A stretch of DNA of 26,687 nt from an uncultured virus (IMG/VR IMGVR_UViG_3300021167_000376). Lineage: Duplodnaviria; Heunggongvirae; Uroviricota; Caudoviricetes. Location of the stretch: the IMG/VR virus record IMGVR_UViG_3300021167_000376; one strand, 5' to 3'. This document shows positions 5,691 to 14,602 of the stretch, one piece after another. Position 1 is the stretch's first letter. Each line of letters opens with the position of its first letter. The position numbers were made by a program, and so were the translations under genes. The notes under the pieces were generated by a model, which made no database searches, had not been told where the DNA came from, and worked only from the letters and a program-made list of their open reading frames with translations.

Positions 5691-7342
5691 TGACCAATCC
5701 CGTATCGATTGTTGGGCTCGACGGCAAGCCGATCCAGCCTCTACGGCCGAGTCGGGGAAAAATGCTGGCCCCAGGGGGCGGTGCTCCCTACGATGCTGCC
5801 GATATCCACGGTGAACACGTTGCCGGGTGGAACCCATACCTTGGCTCGCCTGATGGCGACCTCAACATGTACCGCGACCGCATCGTCGCTCGGGTACGTG
5901 ATTTGGTGCGCAACGATGGCTGGGCCTCTGGCGCGGTCACGCGCATTCTGGACAACGCCATTGGTGGGCACTTCCGGCCGCTGATCAAACCAGACTGGCG
6001 CGCTCTGGCGGCCTACACCGGCAAAAAAGCGTTTGATGCGACGTGGGCTCATGAGTTTGCACAGGTGGCCAGCGCGCACTATCGGACCTGGGCTTTTGAT
6101 TCAGGGCGCTATTGCGATGCTCAGCGGTCGTTGACAATCACCCAGATGATGCGCCTTGGATTTCGGCACAAGCTGATTGATGGCGACTCGTTGATCCAGG
6201 CCTGCTACATCCCTGAGCGGATCGGCGCTGGACGGGCTCGGTACGGTACAGCGATGCAGCTGATCGACCCTGACCGGTTGAGCAACCCCCAGCAGCAGTT
6301 CGACTCGAACTCGTCGCGCGGTGGGGTGGTGCTCGATGCCTTCGGTGCAGCGAAGTCCTACTGGATTCGCAAGGCACACCAGGGCGACTGGTGGAATGCG
6401 GCCGATAGCGTGACATGGGAGGAGATCCCCCGGGAAACCGAGTGGGGGCGGCCGGTCATCATTCACGACTTCGATCACGACCGGGCTTCCCAGCACCGTG
6501 GCGGTTCCGGCATTTTCGCGCCGATCCTGCAGCGTATGAAAATGCTGGCCAAGTACGACGCGGTGGAACTGGACGCGGCGGTGATCAACTCGATTTTTGG
6601 GGCCTATATCGAAAGCCCGTTTGATCATGGCCTGGTGGCTGAGGCTGTTGGCGACGATGACAACCTGTCGGCCTATCAAGATCAGCGCGCGGACTATCAC
6701 GCAAGCCGCAAAACCATGCTGGGCGAATCGCGCGTACCGATTTTGTTCCCGGGCGAAAAGATCAACGCAGTGACCGCCACACGGCCGAACGCGAATTTTG
6801 CCGGGTTCGAAAAATCGTTCTTGCGCAACTTTGCCTCGGCCACTGGGCTTTCCGCTCAGCAGATGTCGCACGACTGGTCTGACACCAACTACAGCTCGGC
6901 CCGTGGCGCGTTACTGGAAGCATTTAAAACATTGACCCGCCGTCGCAACGATTTCGCCAATAACACTGCGCAGCCGGTGCTGGGGTGCTTCATGGAGGAA
7001 TCTATGGAGGTCGACGACTACCCGCTGCCGCACGGCGCTCCAGAGTTTATGGAGTGCAGGTCCATGTATTCGCGCGCTGAGTGGATGGGGCCGGCCCGTG
7101 GCTGGATCGACCCTGTCGCCGAGAAACAAGGTGCGGTACTAGGGATGGATGCCGGTCTTTCGACGCTTCAGCAGGAATGCATGGAGCAGGGGCTGGATTA
7201 CGAGGAAGTACTGGAACAGCGCAAGCGCGAGATCGACAAGTTCAAAGAACTTGGCATTCCCGCTCCTACCTGGGCCGGCATGCAGATCCCTGGCGGATAC
7301 ACATCGGCGGACGACGCCATACAGAAACCGAGGCCGACTTAA
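5690..7342 (+). CDS. Portal protein, lambda family
   Basis: ARVRDLVRNDGWA, DWSDTNYSSARG and RGWIDPVAE motifs. Confidence 0.95.
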   Translation: MTNPVSIVGLDGKPIQPLRPSRGKMLAPGGGAPYDAADIHGEHVAGWNPYLGSPDGDLNMYRDRIVARVRDLVRNDGWASGAVTRILDNAIGGHFRPLIKPDWRALAAYTGKKAFDATWAHEFAQVASAHYRTWAFDSGRYCDAQRSLTITQMMRLGFRHKLIDGDSLIQACYIPERIGAGRARYGTAMQLIDPDRLSNPQQQFDSNSSRGGVVLDAFGAAKSYWIRKAHQGDWWNAADSVTWEEIPRETEWGRPVIIHDFDHDRASQHRGGSGIFAPILQRMKMLAKYDAVELDAAVINSIFGAYIESPFDHGLVAEAVGDDDNLSAYQDQRADYHASRKTMLGESRVPILFPGEKINAVTATRPNANFAGFEKSFLRNFASATGLSAQQMSHDWSDTNYSSARGALLEAFKTLTRRRNDFANNTAQPVLGCFMEESMEVDDYPLPHGAPEFMECRSMYSRAEWMGPARGWIDPVAEKQGAVLGMDAGLSTLQQECMEQGLDYEEVLEQRKREIDKFKELGIPAPTWAGMQIPGGYTSADDAIQKPRPT

Positions 7343-8220
7343 TGCAATTTGGACATCTTGCTCAACGGCTCTTCAATGTGCCGGTGGCGATCCGCCCGGA
7401 AAAGGCTGAGGTCATCATGGCTGCCCTGGCCGAGCGCATGGGGATCGGCCGAATGATGCGGGTCAGTGGCGATGCTGTTGACCTAACACCGATGGCGTTG
7501 GAGGGGGAGGGATACAGCTACGCCGACCGGGAATCCCGTGATAGCGGGTATGACCTGGTCGGCAACGTGGCGGTCATTCCTGTCCATGGAACGCTGGTGC
7601 AGAAGACCGGCACACTCCGGCCTTGGAGCGGCATGACAGGTTATGACGGGTTGCGGCAAGCTTTCTTGACCGCGTTGTATGACCCGCAGGTCGCTGCCGT
7701 CGTGCTCGATGTCGACTCACCTGGCGGCGAGGTCTCCGGGTGTTTCGACCTGGTAGACACCATCTACAACGCCCGGGGATCCAAGCCGATCTGGTCGATT
7801 CTCAACGAGTCGGCTTACTCGGCTGCCTATGCGATCGCCAGTGCTGCGGACCGTATCTATGTTCCGCGCACCGGTGGCACTGGGTCCATCGGTGTGATCT
7901 GCATGCATGTAGATTTTTCCAAGGCGCTGACATCGGCCGGCGTTCAGGTGACGTTCATAACCTACGGCGATCGCAAGGCTGATGGCCATTCAGAAATCCC
8001 GCTGTCAGCTGATGCGCTGGCGAGGTTCCAGGGCGATATCGACACCATGGGCGAGCTCTTCGTAGAGACCGTGGCCCGCAATCGAAACATCGCGGCCAGC
8101 AAGGTCCGCGCAACCCAGGCTGGTACCTACCTCGGCTCTGCCGGGGTTGATGCGGGCTTGGCCGATGTTGTCGCGGCACCCGACGCCGCTTTCCGGGCAC
8201 TGCTCTCCCAGCTGGCCTAG
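7342..8220 (+). CDS. Prohead protease, S49 (SppA / lambda gpC) family
   Basis: TAATG-coupled start; DVDSPGG, SAAY and GSIGV motifs. Confidence 0.92.
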   Translation: MQFGHLAQRLFNVPVAIRPEKAEVIMAALAERMGIGRMMRVSGDAVDLTPMALEGEGYSYADRESRDSGYDLVGNVAVIPVHGTLVQKTGTLRPWSGMTGYDGLRQAFLTALYDPQVAAVVLDVDSPGGEVSGCFDLVDTIYNARGSKPIWSILNESAYSAAYAIASAADRIYVPRTGGTGSIGVICMHVDFSKALTSAGVQVTFITYGDRKADGHSEIPLSADALARFQGDIDTMGELFVETVARNRNIAASKVRATQAGTYLGSAGVDAGLADVVAAPDAAFRALLSQLA

Positions 8221-8247
8221 TTCCCACCATTTAGAGGATTGATGACC

Positions 8248-8895
8248 ATGACCAGAAGCAGAATGACTGCTGCTGCGACCTTCGCGCACCTGCTGGGTTT
8301 TGCCAAGCACGCCGATGAGGGTGATGACGAAAAAGACAAGGCGCGCCGCGCCGAAGAGGATGACGGCGACGATGACAAGGATGACCCGAAAGGTCGCAAG
8401 GCAAAGCGTGCCGAGGAAGATGACATCGAGGACGACGAGGACGACAAAAAGGCACGCAAGGCTAAGGGTGAGGGCGATGACTCTGACGATAAGGACGACG
8501 ATCCCAAAGGCCGTAAAGCCAAACGCGCAGAAGGTGACGACGATGATCCGGATGCCGAGGATGACGACGATCAGGACAGCCCGAAATCCAGCAAAGCTGC
8601 GGTCGCCAAAGAGCGCGCCCGTTGCGCCCAGATCATGGCCCATGGCTTGAAGTCGGGTAATGCCGAGCAGGCCGGGGTGTTTGCATTCGATACCAATATG
8701 TCTGCTGCATCTGCCATCAGCGCACTTAACGCGGCTGGATCGGTAAGCGGTCGCGGCGGCAACTTGAAAGACCGGATGGCCGCAGCAAACGTGACGAATG
8801 TCGGTGCCGGCGGTGATGGAGGCGTGGAGTCTTCCAACATGTCGCCGATCGCCCAAAAAATCATCGCGGCTGCCGCCCGCGCCAAGCCCCAGTAA
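8248..8895 (+). CDS. Probable scaffolding protein with acidic/basic repeats
   Basis: SD AGAGGA 8233-8238; D/E-rich repeats; 'AKERARCAQIM' Nu3-like motif; lies between protease and decoration genes. Confidence 0.7.
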   Translation: MTRSRMTAAATFAHLLGFAKHADEGDDEKDKARRAEEDDGDDDKDDPKGRKAKRAEEDDIEDDEDDKKARKAKGEGDDSDDKDDDPKGRKAKRAEGDDDDPDAEDDDDQDSPKSSKAAVAKERARCAQIMAHGLKSGNAEQAGVFAFDTNMSAASAISALNAAGSVSGRGGNLKDRMAAANVTNVGAGGDGGVESSNMSPIAQKIIAAAARAKPQ

Positions 8896-8922
8896 CCTCA
8901 ACGCCAAACGGAGATCAACAGC

Positions 8923-9618
8923 ATGTCGCTGATTCCAACTGAAATTCGAGACAACCCACAAAGACCAGGCGTTCAGGCTCAGGTGTACATCCCTGATCAG
9001 CTGATTGCCGATGCCCGCAACCTGGTCACCCAGCCGATTCTGTTGGCTGCTGGCGTACTCAAGCGCGGCACGGTCCTGGGGCAACAAACCGTAAGCCCGG
9101 TCCAGGTCATCGCCAAGCCAGGCAACACCGGCAATGGCGCAGTGTCCGCGGTCACCGTTGGCTCTGCCGTTGAAACCGGTGGCTACGTGCTACTGGCGAC
9201 ATCTGCCACCGTCTTCAGCGTTACCAACCCTGAAGGCGTGGCGCTGGGCAATGCGACTGTCGGCACCGCTTTTACGCACGCCGAGATCAATCTGACGATC
9301 ACTGCGGGCGCCACGGCCTTTGTGGTAGGTGATGGCTTCACCGTCAACGTCTTTGATGCGGTCGGCACCTATGTCGAGTGCGTTCGGACGGCGACCGACG
9401 GCAGCCAGGTTCCGCTCGCTATTTTGGTCGACGATGCTGATGCAACGGATGGTCCGGTGACAGCTGGTGCGTACGTGGCCGGCGAATTCAACGCCGCCCA
9501 ACTGATTTACAGCACAACCTGGTCGCTTCCTGCCCTGGTATCGGCGATGCGGCCGTACAGCCTGTTTGCCAAAACCTCACTCTCGGCGGCTTCCCCGTCG
9601 AATAACTCGGCGCCGTAA
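8923..9618 (+). CDS. Head decoration protein (gpD-like) with inserted beta-rich domain
   Basis: PDQLIA, LKRGTVLG, DGSQVP.AIL.DD.DA and GEFN motifs. Confidence 0.85.
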   Translation: MSLIPTEIRDNPQRPGVQAQVYIPDQLIADARNLVTQPILLAAGVLKRGTVLGQQTVSPVQVIAKPGNTGNGAVSAVTVGSAVETGGYVLLATSATVFSVTNPEGVALGNATVGTAFTHAEINLTITAGATAFVVGDGFTVNVFDAVGTYVECVRTATDGSQVPLAILVDDADATDGPVTAGAYVAGEFNAAQLIYSTTWSLPALVSAMRPYSLFAKTSLSAASPSNNSAP

Positions 9619-9645
9619 TCCGGCCCATACCCACCGTCCACAAAG

Positions 9646-9667
9646 GCCCGCTGAAGCGGGTTTTTTT
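9646..9667 (+). terminator. Intra-operon intrinsic terminator
   Basis: GCCCGC-TGAA-GCGGG then T7. Confidence 0.7.
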
Positions 9668-9704
9668 GTGGGCTGGATTCAGCATTTTTGCTTTGGAGAG
9701 GCCC

Positions 9705-10784
9705 ATGACCGCCGCCAGTTCGTTTCCTTTTAGCACCACCGACCTGATTCAGGTCGTGCCGACGCTCAAGCGTCCGCAGAAATTCCTACTCGATAAGTTC
9801 TTCCCGAACATTCAGAGCTCCGAGACAGAGTACGTTGCCATCGACATCGACGTTGGCTTGCGTCGCATGGCCCCCTTCATCAGTCCGCTGGTGCAGGGCA
9901 AACTGGTTGAGCAGCGCCGCTACCAGACCAACACCTACAAGCCTGCATACATCAAGGACAAGCGCGCTCCGGACCTGCGCAAGCCGATCATGCGCCAGAT
10001 CGGCGAACGCATCGGCGGCGGCACCATGACCGCCGGCGAACGCGAGATGGCCAACGTTGCGTTCGAGATGGCCGACCAAATCGATATGCTGGACCGCCGT
10101 CTCGAGTGGATGGCAGCGTCGGCACTGCTCACTGGCAAGGTGGTTGTTTCGGGCGAAGGCTTTGAAACCGAGGTAGTCGACTTCGGTCGAGATTCCCAGT
10201 TGAGCATCGCTCTTTCCGGCAATCTGCAGTGGGGTATCAAGGCCAACTTCAACGCCGCAGGTCGCGACACCATCCCGGCGAACAACCTGGAAGAATGGCA
10301 AACGCTGATGCTCCAGCTCTCCGGTGCCCAGGCAACTGATCTGGTGTTCACCACGTCGGCCTGGCAGACCTTCTCCAACGACGAGAAAGTGTTCGGCGCC
10401 ATCTTTTTCCCGAAACAGTCCGAGGCGGGAAGCATCAACATCGGTCCGCAGATCGCGCCCGGCGCGGTTTACAAAGGGCGCTGGGGCCAATACGACCTGT
10501 GGCTCTACAACGAGTGGTTCATTGACGATAACGGTGTCGAACAGCCGATGCTGCCTGATGGCTACATGCTGATGTCGGGCCAGCAACTGCTCGGAACCCG
10601 GGCGTTCGGTTCGATCCTTGACCCGAACTTCAACTACCAGGCCATGCCATACGCGCCCAAGACCTGGGTCGAGAATGACCCCGCTCAACGCATCCTGCTG
10701 ATGCAGAGTTCTCCGCTGGTCATTCCAAGCCGCGTTAACGCCTGCCTTGCCGCGAAGGTGTGCACTCCGCCGAGCAAAGGCTGA
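9705..10784 (+). CDS. Major capsid protein, lambda gpE family
   Basis: SD GGAG before ATG 9705; FLLDKFFP, MAPFISP, RRLEWMAA.AL.TGK and LMQSSPL motifs. Confidence 0.95.
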   Translation: MTAASSFPFSTTDLIQVVPTLKRPQKFLLDKFFPNIQSSETEYVAIDIDVGLRRMAPFISPLVQGKLVEQRRYQTNTYKPAYIKDKRAPDLRKPIMRQIGERIGGGTMTAGEREMANVAFEMADQIDMLDRRLEWMAASALLTGKVVVSGEGFETEVVDFGRDSQLSIALSGNLQWGIKANFNAAGRDTIPANNLEEWQTLMLQLSGAQATDLVFTTSAWQTFSNDEKVFGAIFFPKQSEAGSINIGPQIAPGAVYKGRWGQYDLWLYNEWFIDDNGVEQPMLPDGYMLMSGQQLLGTRAFGSILDPNFNYQAMPYAPKTWVENDPAQRILLMQSSPLVIPSRVNACLAAKVCTPPSKG

Positions 10785-11020
10785 TGGCCGGCGCACCCGG
10801 AACGGGGGCCTCTGTTGTGGAGGCCGTCGTGGCTCATGGCCGAACCGTGGTCGGCGTCAACGGTAAAAAGGTTGGACCAGGTGAAATCGTCAAGGTGCCA
10901 AAGGGTGAAGTCGAGCTGCTGACCAAGCTCGGCTTCTTGGCTGATGGTGATGTGGTCGAGAAGCCGCAAACAGGACCGCACGTCTCTGTTGCGTCAGGGC
11001 CAACCGTGAGGATTGCCTGA
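10784..11020 (+). CDS. Small capsid-associated / packaging accessory protein (gpFI position)
   Basis: TGATG-coupled to the capsid gene; 'GPGEIVKVP..EVELL..LGFL' pattern. Confidence 0.6.
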   Translation: MAGAPGTGASVVEAVVAHGRTVVGVNGKKVGPGEIVKVPKGEVELLTKLGFLADGDVVEKPQTGPHVSVASGPTVRIA

Positions 11021-11355
11021 TGATCGATTGGGACAGTCTGGTATTGGGACCGCTTGAAGCCATTTTTGGCGAAGGTCAGCTACCGGAAGGGCAGGTGACG
11101 TACTACCCGGTCGGGCGCCAGGCATACCCCATCGACGGCGTTTTCGATTCGGCCTATCGGGAGGTCGAGCTGATTGACCCCCTGGTGGGTGTTACATCAA
11201 CGCAGCCTGTGCTGGGTGTGCGGCTTTCGACCTTTCGTGAGCCGCCTGTTCAGGATGATGAGATTTACATCCCGAGTATCGCCAAGCGCTACCTGGTGAT
11301 GGAGGTTCGGCCTGATAGCCATGGCTGGGCAAAACTGATGCTGAGTGAGATGTGA
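11020..11355 (+). CDS. Head-tail joining protein (gpFII-like)
   Basis: 111 aa; synteny; 'V.EVRPDSHGWAKL.L' C-terminus. Confidence 0.75.
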   Translation: MIDWDSLVLGPLEAIFGEGQLPEGQVTYYPVGRQAYPIDGVFDSAYREVELIDPLVGVTSTQPVLGVRLSTFREPPVQDDEIYIPSIAKRYLVMEVRPDSHGWAKLMLSEM

Positions 11356-12044
11356 TGACCACGACTTCCGAGTTACGGCAGATCACTGCCGAAGCCCTCA
11401 AGGTGGGCACCGCAGCTGGCAACAATGTGTTCGCCGCCAGAACCTGGCCGACATGGAGCGGAAGCTACCCGATCATCTGGGTTCACTCTCCGGCAGAAGA
11501 CAAGGAGTCGCTGGGGCGCCAGGGAGGGCCACAGTTCACCGTGACAGCAACGATCCGGATCAGTGCTCGCATCCAGCTCAAGGCCTTGCCCAAAAACGCT
11601 GCTGCTGCGGCTATGATCTTGGCTCTAGAGGAGATACAACGCCAGATTGAGCGGGCGCTGATCAACTTTCCGCCGCTAATGAGTCGCCTGCAGCAGTTTC
11701 CTTTTATCCGTTCCGAGATGGTTGAAAGTGACGAGGGCGACCAGAACTTGGGCGAGCTCGTCATGGACGTCGGTATGGAGTTTTACCAGGGACCGGAGGA
11801 CTTCTATCTGCTGGAGGGTCCTTTGGTGCCAGAACCATTTGATCCTGCTGCGGAGGTAGCAGGTATGCAGCCGATCGTTCCGCTGGAAGGATTAAGCGTT
11901 ACGAACGACTTGCTCAACGTAGTTGATCCAACTGGCACTTATGCCGATCCACTGTTTCCCGATTCCGTCACACCGGCGCCGCGCGATGTTGGCCCTGATG
12001 GGCGAGCGGAGGGTGGTCTTTCGTTCGAATTTCCGCAGGAGTAA
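11355..12044 (+). CDS. Tail terminator/completion protein (gpU / Mu gp37-like)
   Basis: Synteny before the sheath; 'LR.I.AEAL...T.AG.NVF.AR.WP' pattern. Confidence 0.65.
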   Translation: MTTTSELRQITAEALKVGTAAGNNVFAARTWPTWSGSYPIIWVHSPAEDKESLGRQGGPQFTVTATIRISARIQLKALPKNAAAAAMILALEEIQRQIERALINFPPLMSRLQQFPFIRSEMVESDEGDQNLGELVMDVGMEFYQGPEDFYLLEGPLVPEPFDPAAEVAGMQPIVPLEGLSVTNDLLNVVDPTGTYADPLFPDSVTPAPRDVGPDGRAEGGLSFEFPQE

Positions 12045-12046
12045 TC

Positions 12047-12289
12047 ATGCGAATTTATCCTTCTCCAGGGTTGCTGGTACGCGACCCGGTCAAACGCGAT
12101 GCTCTTCCGGAAGAGGGTCGAGAGGTCGCGGACAACGATCACTACTGGCTTCGCCGGCTCGCTTGCAATGACGTTACATGCACGCCGCCTAAGTCGGAAA
12201 CCTCGCCTGAGTCGTCACAGACAGGCGACGAAAAGCCGCCGGCGGCCAAGATCACCAAGCCTGAAACTTCCCAAGGGAGCGACAGTTAA
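12047..12289 (+). CDS. Mu gp38-like small protein (DUF2635)
   Basis: 'P.PGLLVRDP....LP.EG.EV.D..YWLRRL...DV' signature immediately before the sheath. Confidence 0.85.
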   Translation: MRIYPSPGLLVRDPVKRDALPEEGREVADNDHYWLRRLACNDVTCTPPKSETSPESSQTGDEKPPAAKITKPETSQGSDS

Positions 12290-13767
12290 TGACCGTCCCA
12301 TTTAGCAATATTCCCTCGAACCTGCGGGTTCCTCTGTTTTATGCGGAAGTCGATAATTCCCAGGCCAACAGCGGAGCACAAACTCAGCGCACCTTAATCA
12401 TCGGGCAGATCACTGCTGCCGGTAACGGCGTGGTTAATGTACCTGTGCTCGGCCAGGGCGTGAGTGATGCCCAGGCCAAAGGAGGCCTTGGCTCGATGCT
12501 GGCGCTGATGACTGCGGCCTACAAAGCCTCGGATAACTTTGGTGAAGTGTGGTTTTTGCCGCTGGCTGACGCGGTGGGTTCAGTGGCGGCGAGTGGGTCA
12601 CTGCTGGTCGCTGGCACTCCAAGCGGCGCGGGTGTTATCTCGCTCTACATCGCAGGTCAGCTCCTCAGCTTAGCTGTAGCCACGGCTGAGCCCGCGGCGG
12701 ACATTGCCACAGGGCTGGCGGCTATGATCAATAGTTCCGGCAATCTGCCGGTAACCGCAGCGGCAAGCTCCTCGACAGTGACCTTTACCGCTAAGAACAA
12801 AGGCGCCGCCGGTAACGACATTGATCTTCGCCTGAATTACCTGGGCACTGCTGGCGGCGAGGTAATACCGGCTGGACTGACGCTGACCATCACCGCTATG
12901 GCTGCCGGTGCTACCAACCCTGTGCTCGACGCTGCGTTGGCGAGCTTGGGTGACGAGGCCTTCGATTTCATCGTCAGTCCCTACACCGATACGGCTTCCC
13001 TGAATGCTCTGAAAAACCTGCTCAACGACAAAACCGGTCGTTGGAGTTATGCCAGCCAGATTTATGGGCATATCTTCGCCGCCCAGCGTGGCACGCTTTC
13101 GACGTTGGCAACCGCGGGCAATACTCGCAACAACCAGCATGAGTCGATCATGGGCTTCTATGACTCCCCGTCGCCGGCCTGGATCTGGGCGGCTGATTTG
13201 GCAGGTACCGCTGCGGTGGCGCTGCGCGCTGATCCAGGCCGGCCACTGCAAACCTTGACGCTGAGCACGGTGCTGGCACCGCCGGCGCCTTCGCGTTTTG
13301 ACTTGGGTGAGCGCAACACATTGCTTTGGGATGGTATCTCCACATTCACTGTGGCGAGCGATGGCACGGTGGCGATCGATAACTTGATCACCACATATCA
13401 GGAGAACGGCTTCGGTGCTGCAGATGACAGCTATCTGCAGATCGAGACCTTGTTCTTGCTGATGTACGTATTGCGTGCCCAGCGGTCGTTGGTGACTTCC
13501 AAATATGCCCGAGTGAAGCTGGCAGCCGATGGCACTCGCTTTGCGCCTGGCTCGGCGATCGTCACGCCGAAAATCATCAAGGCTGACTTGATCGCTCAAT
13601 ACGGGGCGCTTGAGTACGACGGGTTTGTCCAGGATGCCAAGGCATTTGCCAAGGAGCTGATCGTCGAGCAGAACCGAACCAACCCTAACCGAGTGGACGT
13701 GCTCTGGCCTGGGACCCTGATCAACCAACTGCGCATTTTTGCGCTGCTGGCCCAGTTCCGGCTATAA
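12289..13767 (+). CDS. Contractile tail sheath protein (Mu gpL-like)
   Basis: FSNIPSNLRVPLFYAEVDNSQA N-terminus, ERNTLLWDGIST, NPNRVDVLWP..LINQLRIFA. Confidence 0.95.
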   Translation: MTVPFSNIPSNLRVPLFYAEVDNSQANSGAQTQRTLIIGQITAAGNGVVNVPVLGQGVSDAQAKGGLGSMLALMTAAYKASDNFGEVWFLPLADAVGSVAASGSLLVAGTPSGAGVISLYIAGQLLSLAVATAEPAADIATGLAAMINSSGNLPVTAAASSSTVTFTAKNKGAAGNDIDLRLNYLGTAGGEVIPAGLTLTITAMAAGATNPVLDAALASLGDEAFDFIVSPYTDTASLNALKNLLNDKTGRWSYASQIYGHIFAAQRGTLSTLATAGNTRNNQHESIMGFYDSPSPAWIWAADLAGTAAVALRADPGRPLQTLTLSTVLAPPAPSRFDLGERNTLLWDGISTFTVASDGTVAIDNLITTYQENGFGAADDSYLQIETLFLLMYVLRAQRSLVTSKYARVKLAADGTRFAPGSAIVTPKIIKADLIAQYGALEYDGFVQDAKAFAKELIVEQNRTNPNRVDVLWPGTLINQLRIFALLAQFRL

Positions 13768-13786
13768 CCCGGGCTTATCGTCCACT

Positions 13787-13808
13787 GCCGCCTTGAGCGG
13801 TTTTTTTT
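13787..13808 (+). terminator. Intra-operon intrinsic terminator
   Basis: GCCGC-CTTGA-GCGG then T8. Confidence 0.7.
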
Positions 13809-13823
13809 CGCCTGGAGAAAATT

Positions 13824-14189
13824 ATGGCTGACCCAAACCGCCTTGCCGGTACCTGTTACCTGACTATCGATGGCGTGAGCTACATGCTGGCCGGCGACTT
13901 CTCTTACAAGATTTCCGGCGTGTCCCGGGAAACCTTGAAGGGGCAGGACGGCATTCACGGCTACAGCGAAACGCCGCAGCCCGGCTACATCGACGCCACA
14001 CTGCGTGATGCCTCAAACCTCAGCATTAGCGACATCAATGCGATGAACAACGCCACCGTCGTCGCCGAGCTCGCCAATGGCAAAACCATCATTGGTCGCA
14101 ACATGTGGACCACTGACCAGCAAGAATCCAAATCTTCCGACGCCACTATTGAAGTGAAGTGGGAAGGTCCTTCCGTTACGGAGAATTGA
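13824..14189 (+). CDS. Tail tube protein (Mu gpM-like)
   Basis: RLAGTCYLTIDG, RETLKGQDGIHGYSE, AELANGK; SD GGAG. Confidence 0.92.
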   Translation: MADPNRLAGTCYLTIDGVSYMLAGDFSYKISGVSRETLKGQDGIHGYSETPQPGYIDATLRDASNLSISDINAMNNATVVAELANGKTIIGRNMWTTDQQESKSSDATIEVKWEGPSVTEN

Positions 14190-14192
14190 GCC

Positions 14193-14483
14193 ATGTTTGA
14201 AGACGAAATCACCATCACCCTCAGCAAGCCAGTAGTCATCGGAAAAGCTGAAAGCGCCATCACCTACGATGAAATCAAGCTCCGCGAGCCGACTGCGGGC
14301 GAGATGGAGAAAGCGGCTCGGGCCGACACCATGATCGGGTCTGCGATCACGTTGATTTCGTTGGTGGCCGCAATCCCGCGCAGTGTCGTCGAGAAGTTCA
14401 GCAAACGCGATCTGGTCGCGGCGAACAAGTTTCTCGAGGGTTTTACCGGAGCTGGTCAGGCGGAGGAGGCTGGCCAGAGCTGA
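14193..14483 (+). CDS. Tail assembly chaperone (Mu gp41 / P2 gpE-like)
   Basis: ITLSKPV, LREPTAG, 'KFSKRDL' motifs; lies between tube and TMP. Confidence 0.9.
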   Translation: MFEDEITITLSKPVVIGKAESAITYDEIKLREPTAGEMEKAARADTMIGSAITLISLVAAIPRSVVEKFSKRDLVAANKFLEGFTGAGQAEEAGQS

Positions 14484-14602
14484 TTGCCGAGCTCACCAAG
14501 TATTACGGCTGGGGGCCACGTGATGCGTGGTCGCTCACTTTGAAGGAACTGATTGAATGGAACAGGCAAGCCATTCGCATGGCGGGTAACTCAGATGGCT
14601 AA
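14438..14602 (+). CDS. -1 frameshift extension of the tail chaperone (gpE'/gpGT-like)
   Basis: Slippery G GGT TTT at 14438-14444; -1 frame reads ...LIAELTKYYGWGPRDAWSLTLKELIEWNRQAIRM... to TAA 14600-14602. Confidence 0.85.
   Translation, partial: GFYRSWSGGGGWPELIAELTKYYGWGPRDAWSLTLKELIEWNRQAIRMAGNSDG

Noticed and set aside
7081..7341. 87-aa N-terminal extension of the protease overlapping the portal gene
   Set aside because: The TAATG-coupled ATG at 7342 is the natural start; the extension is an off-frame shadow
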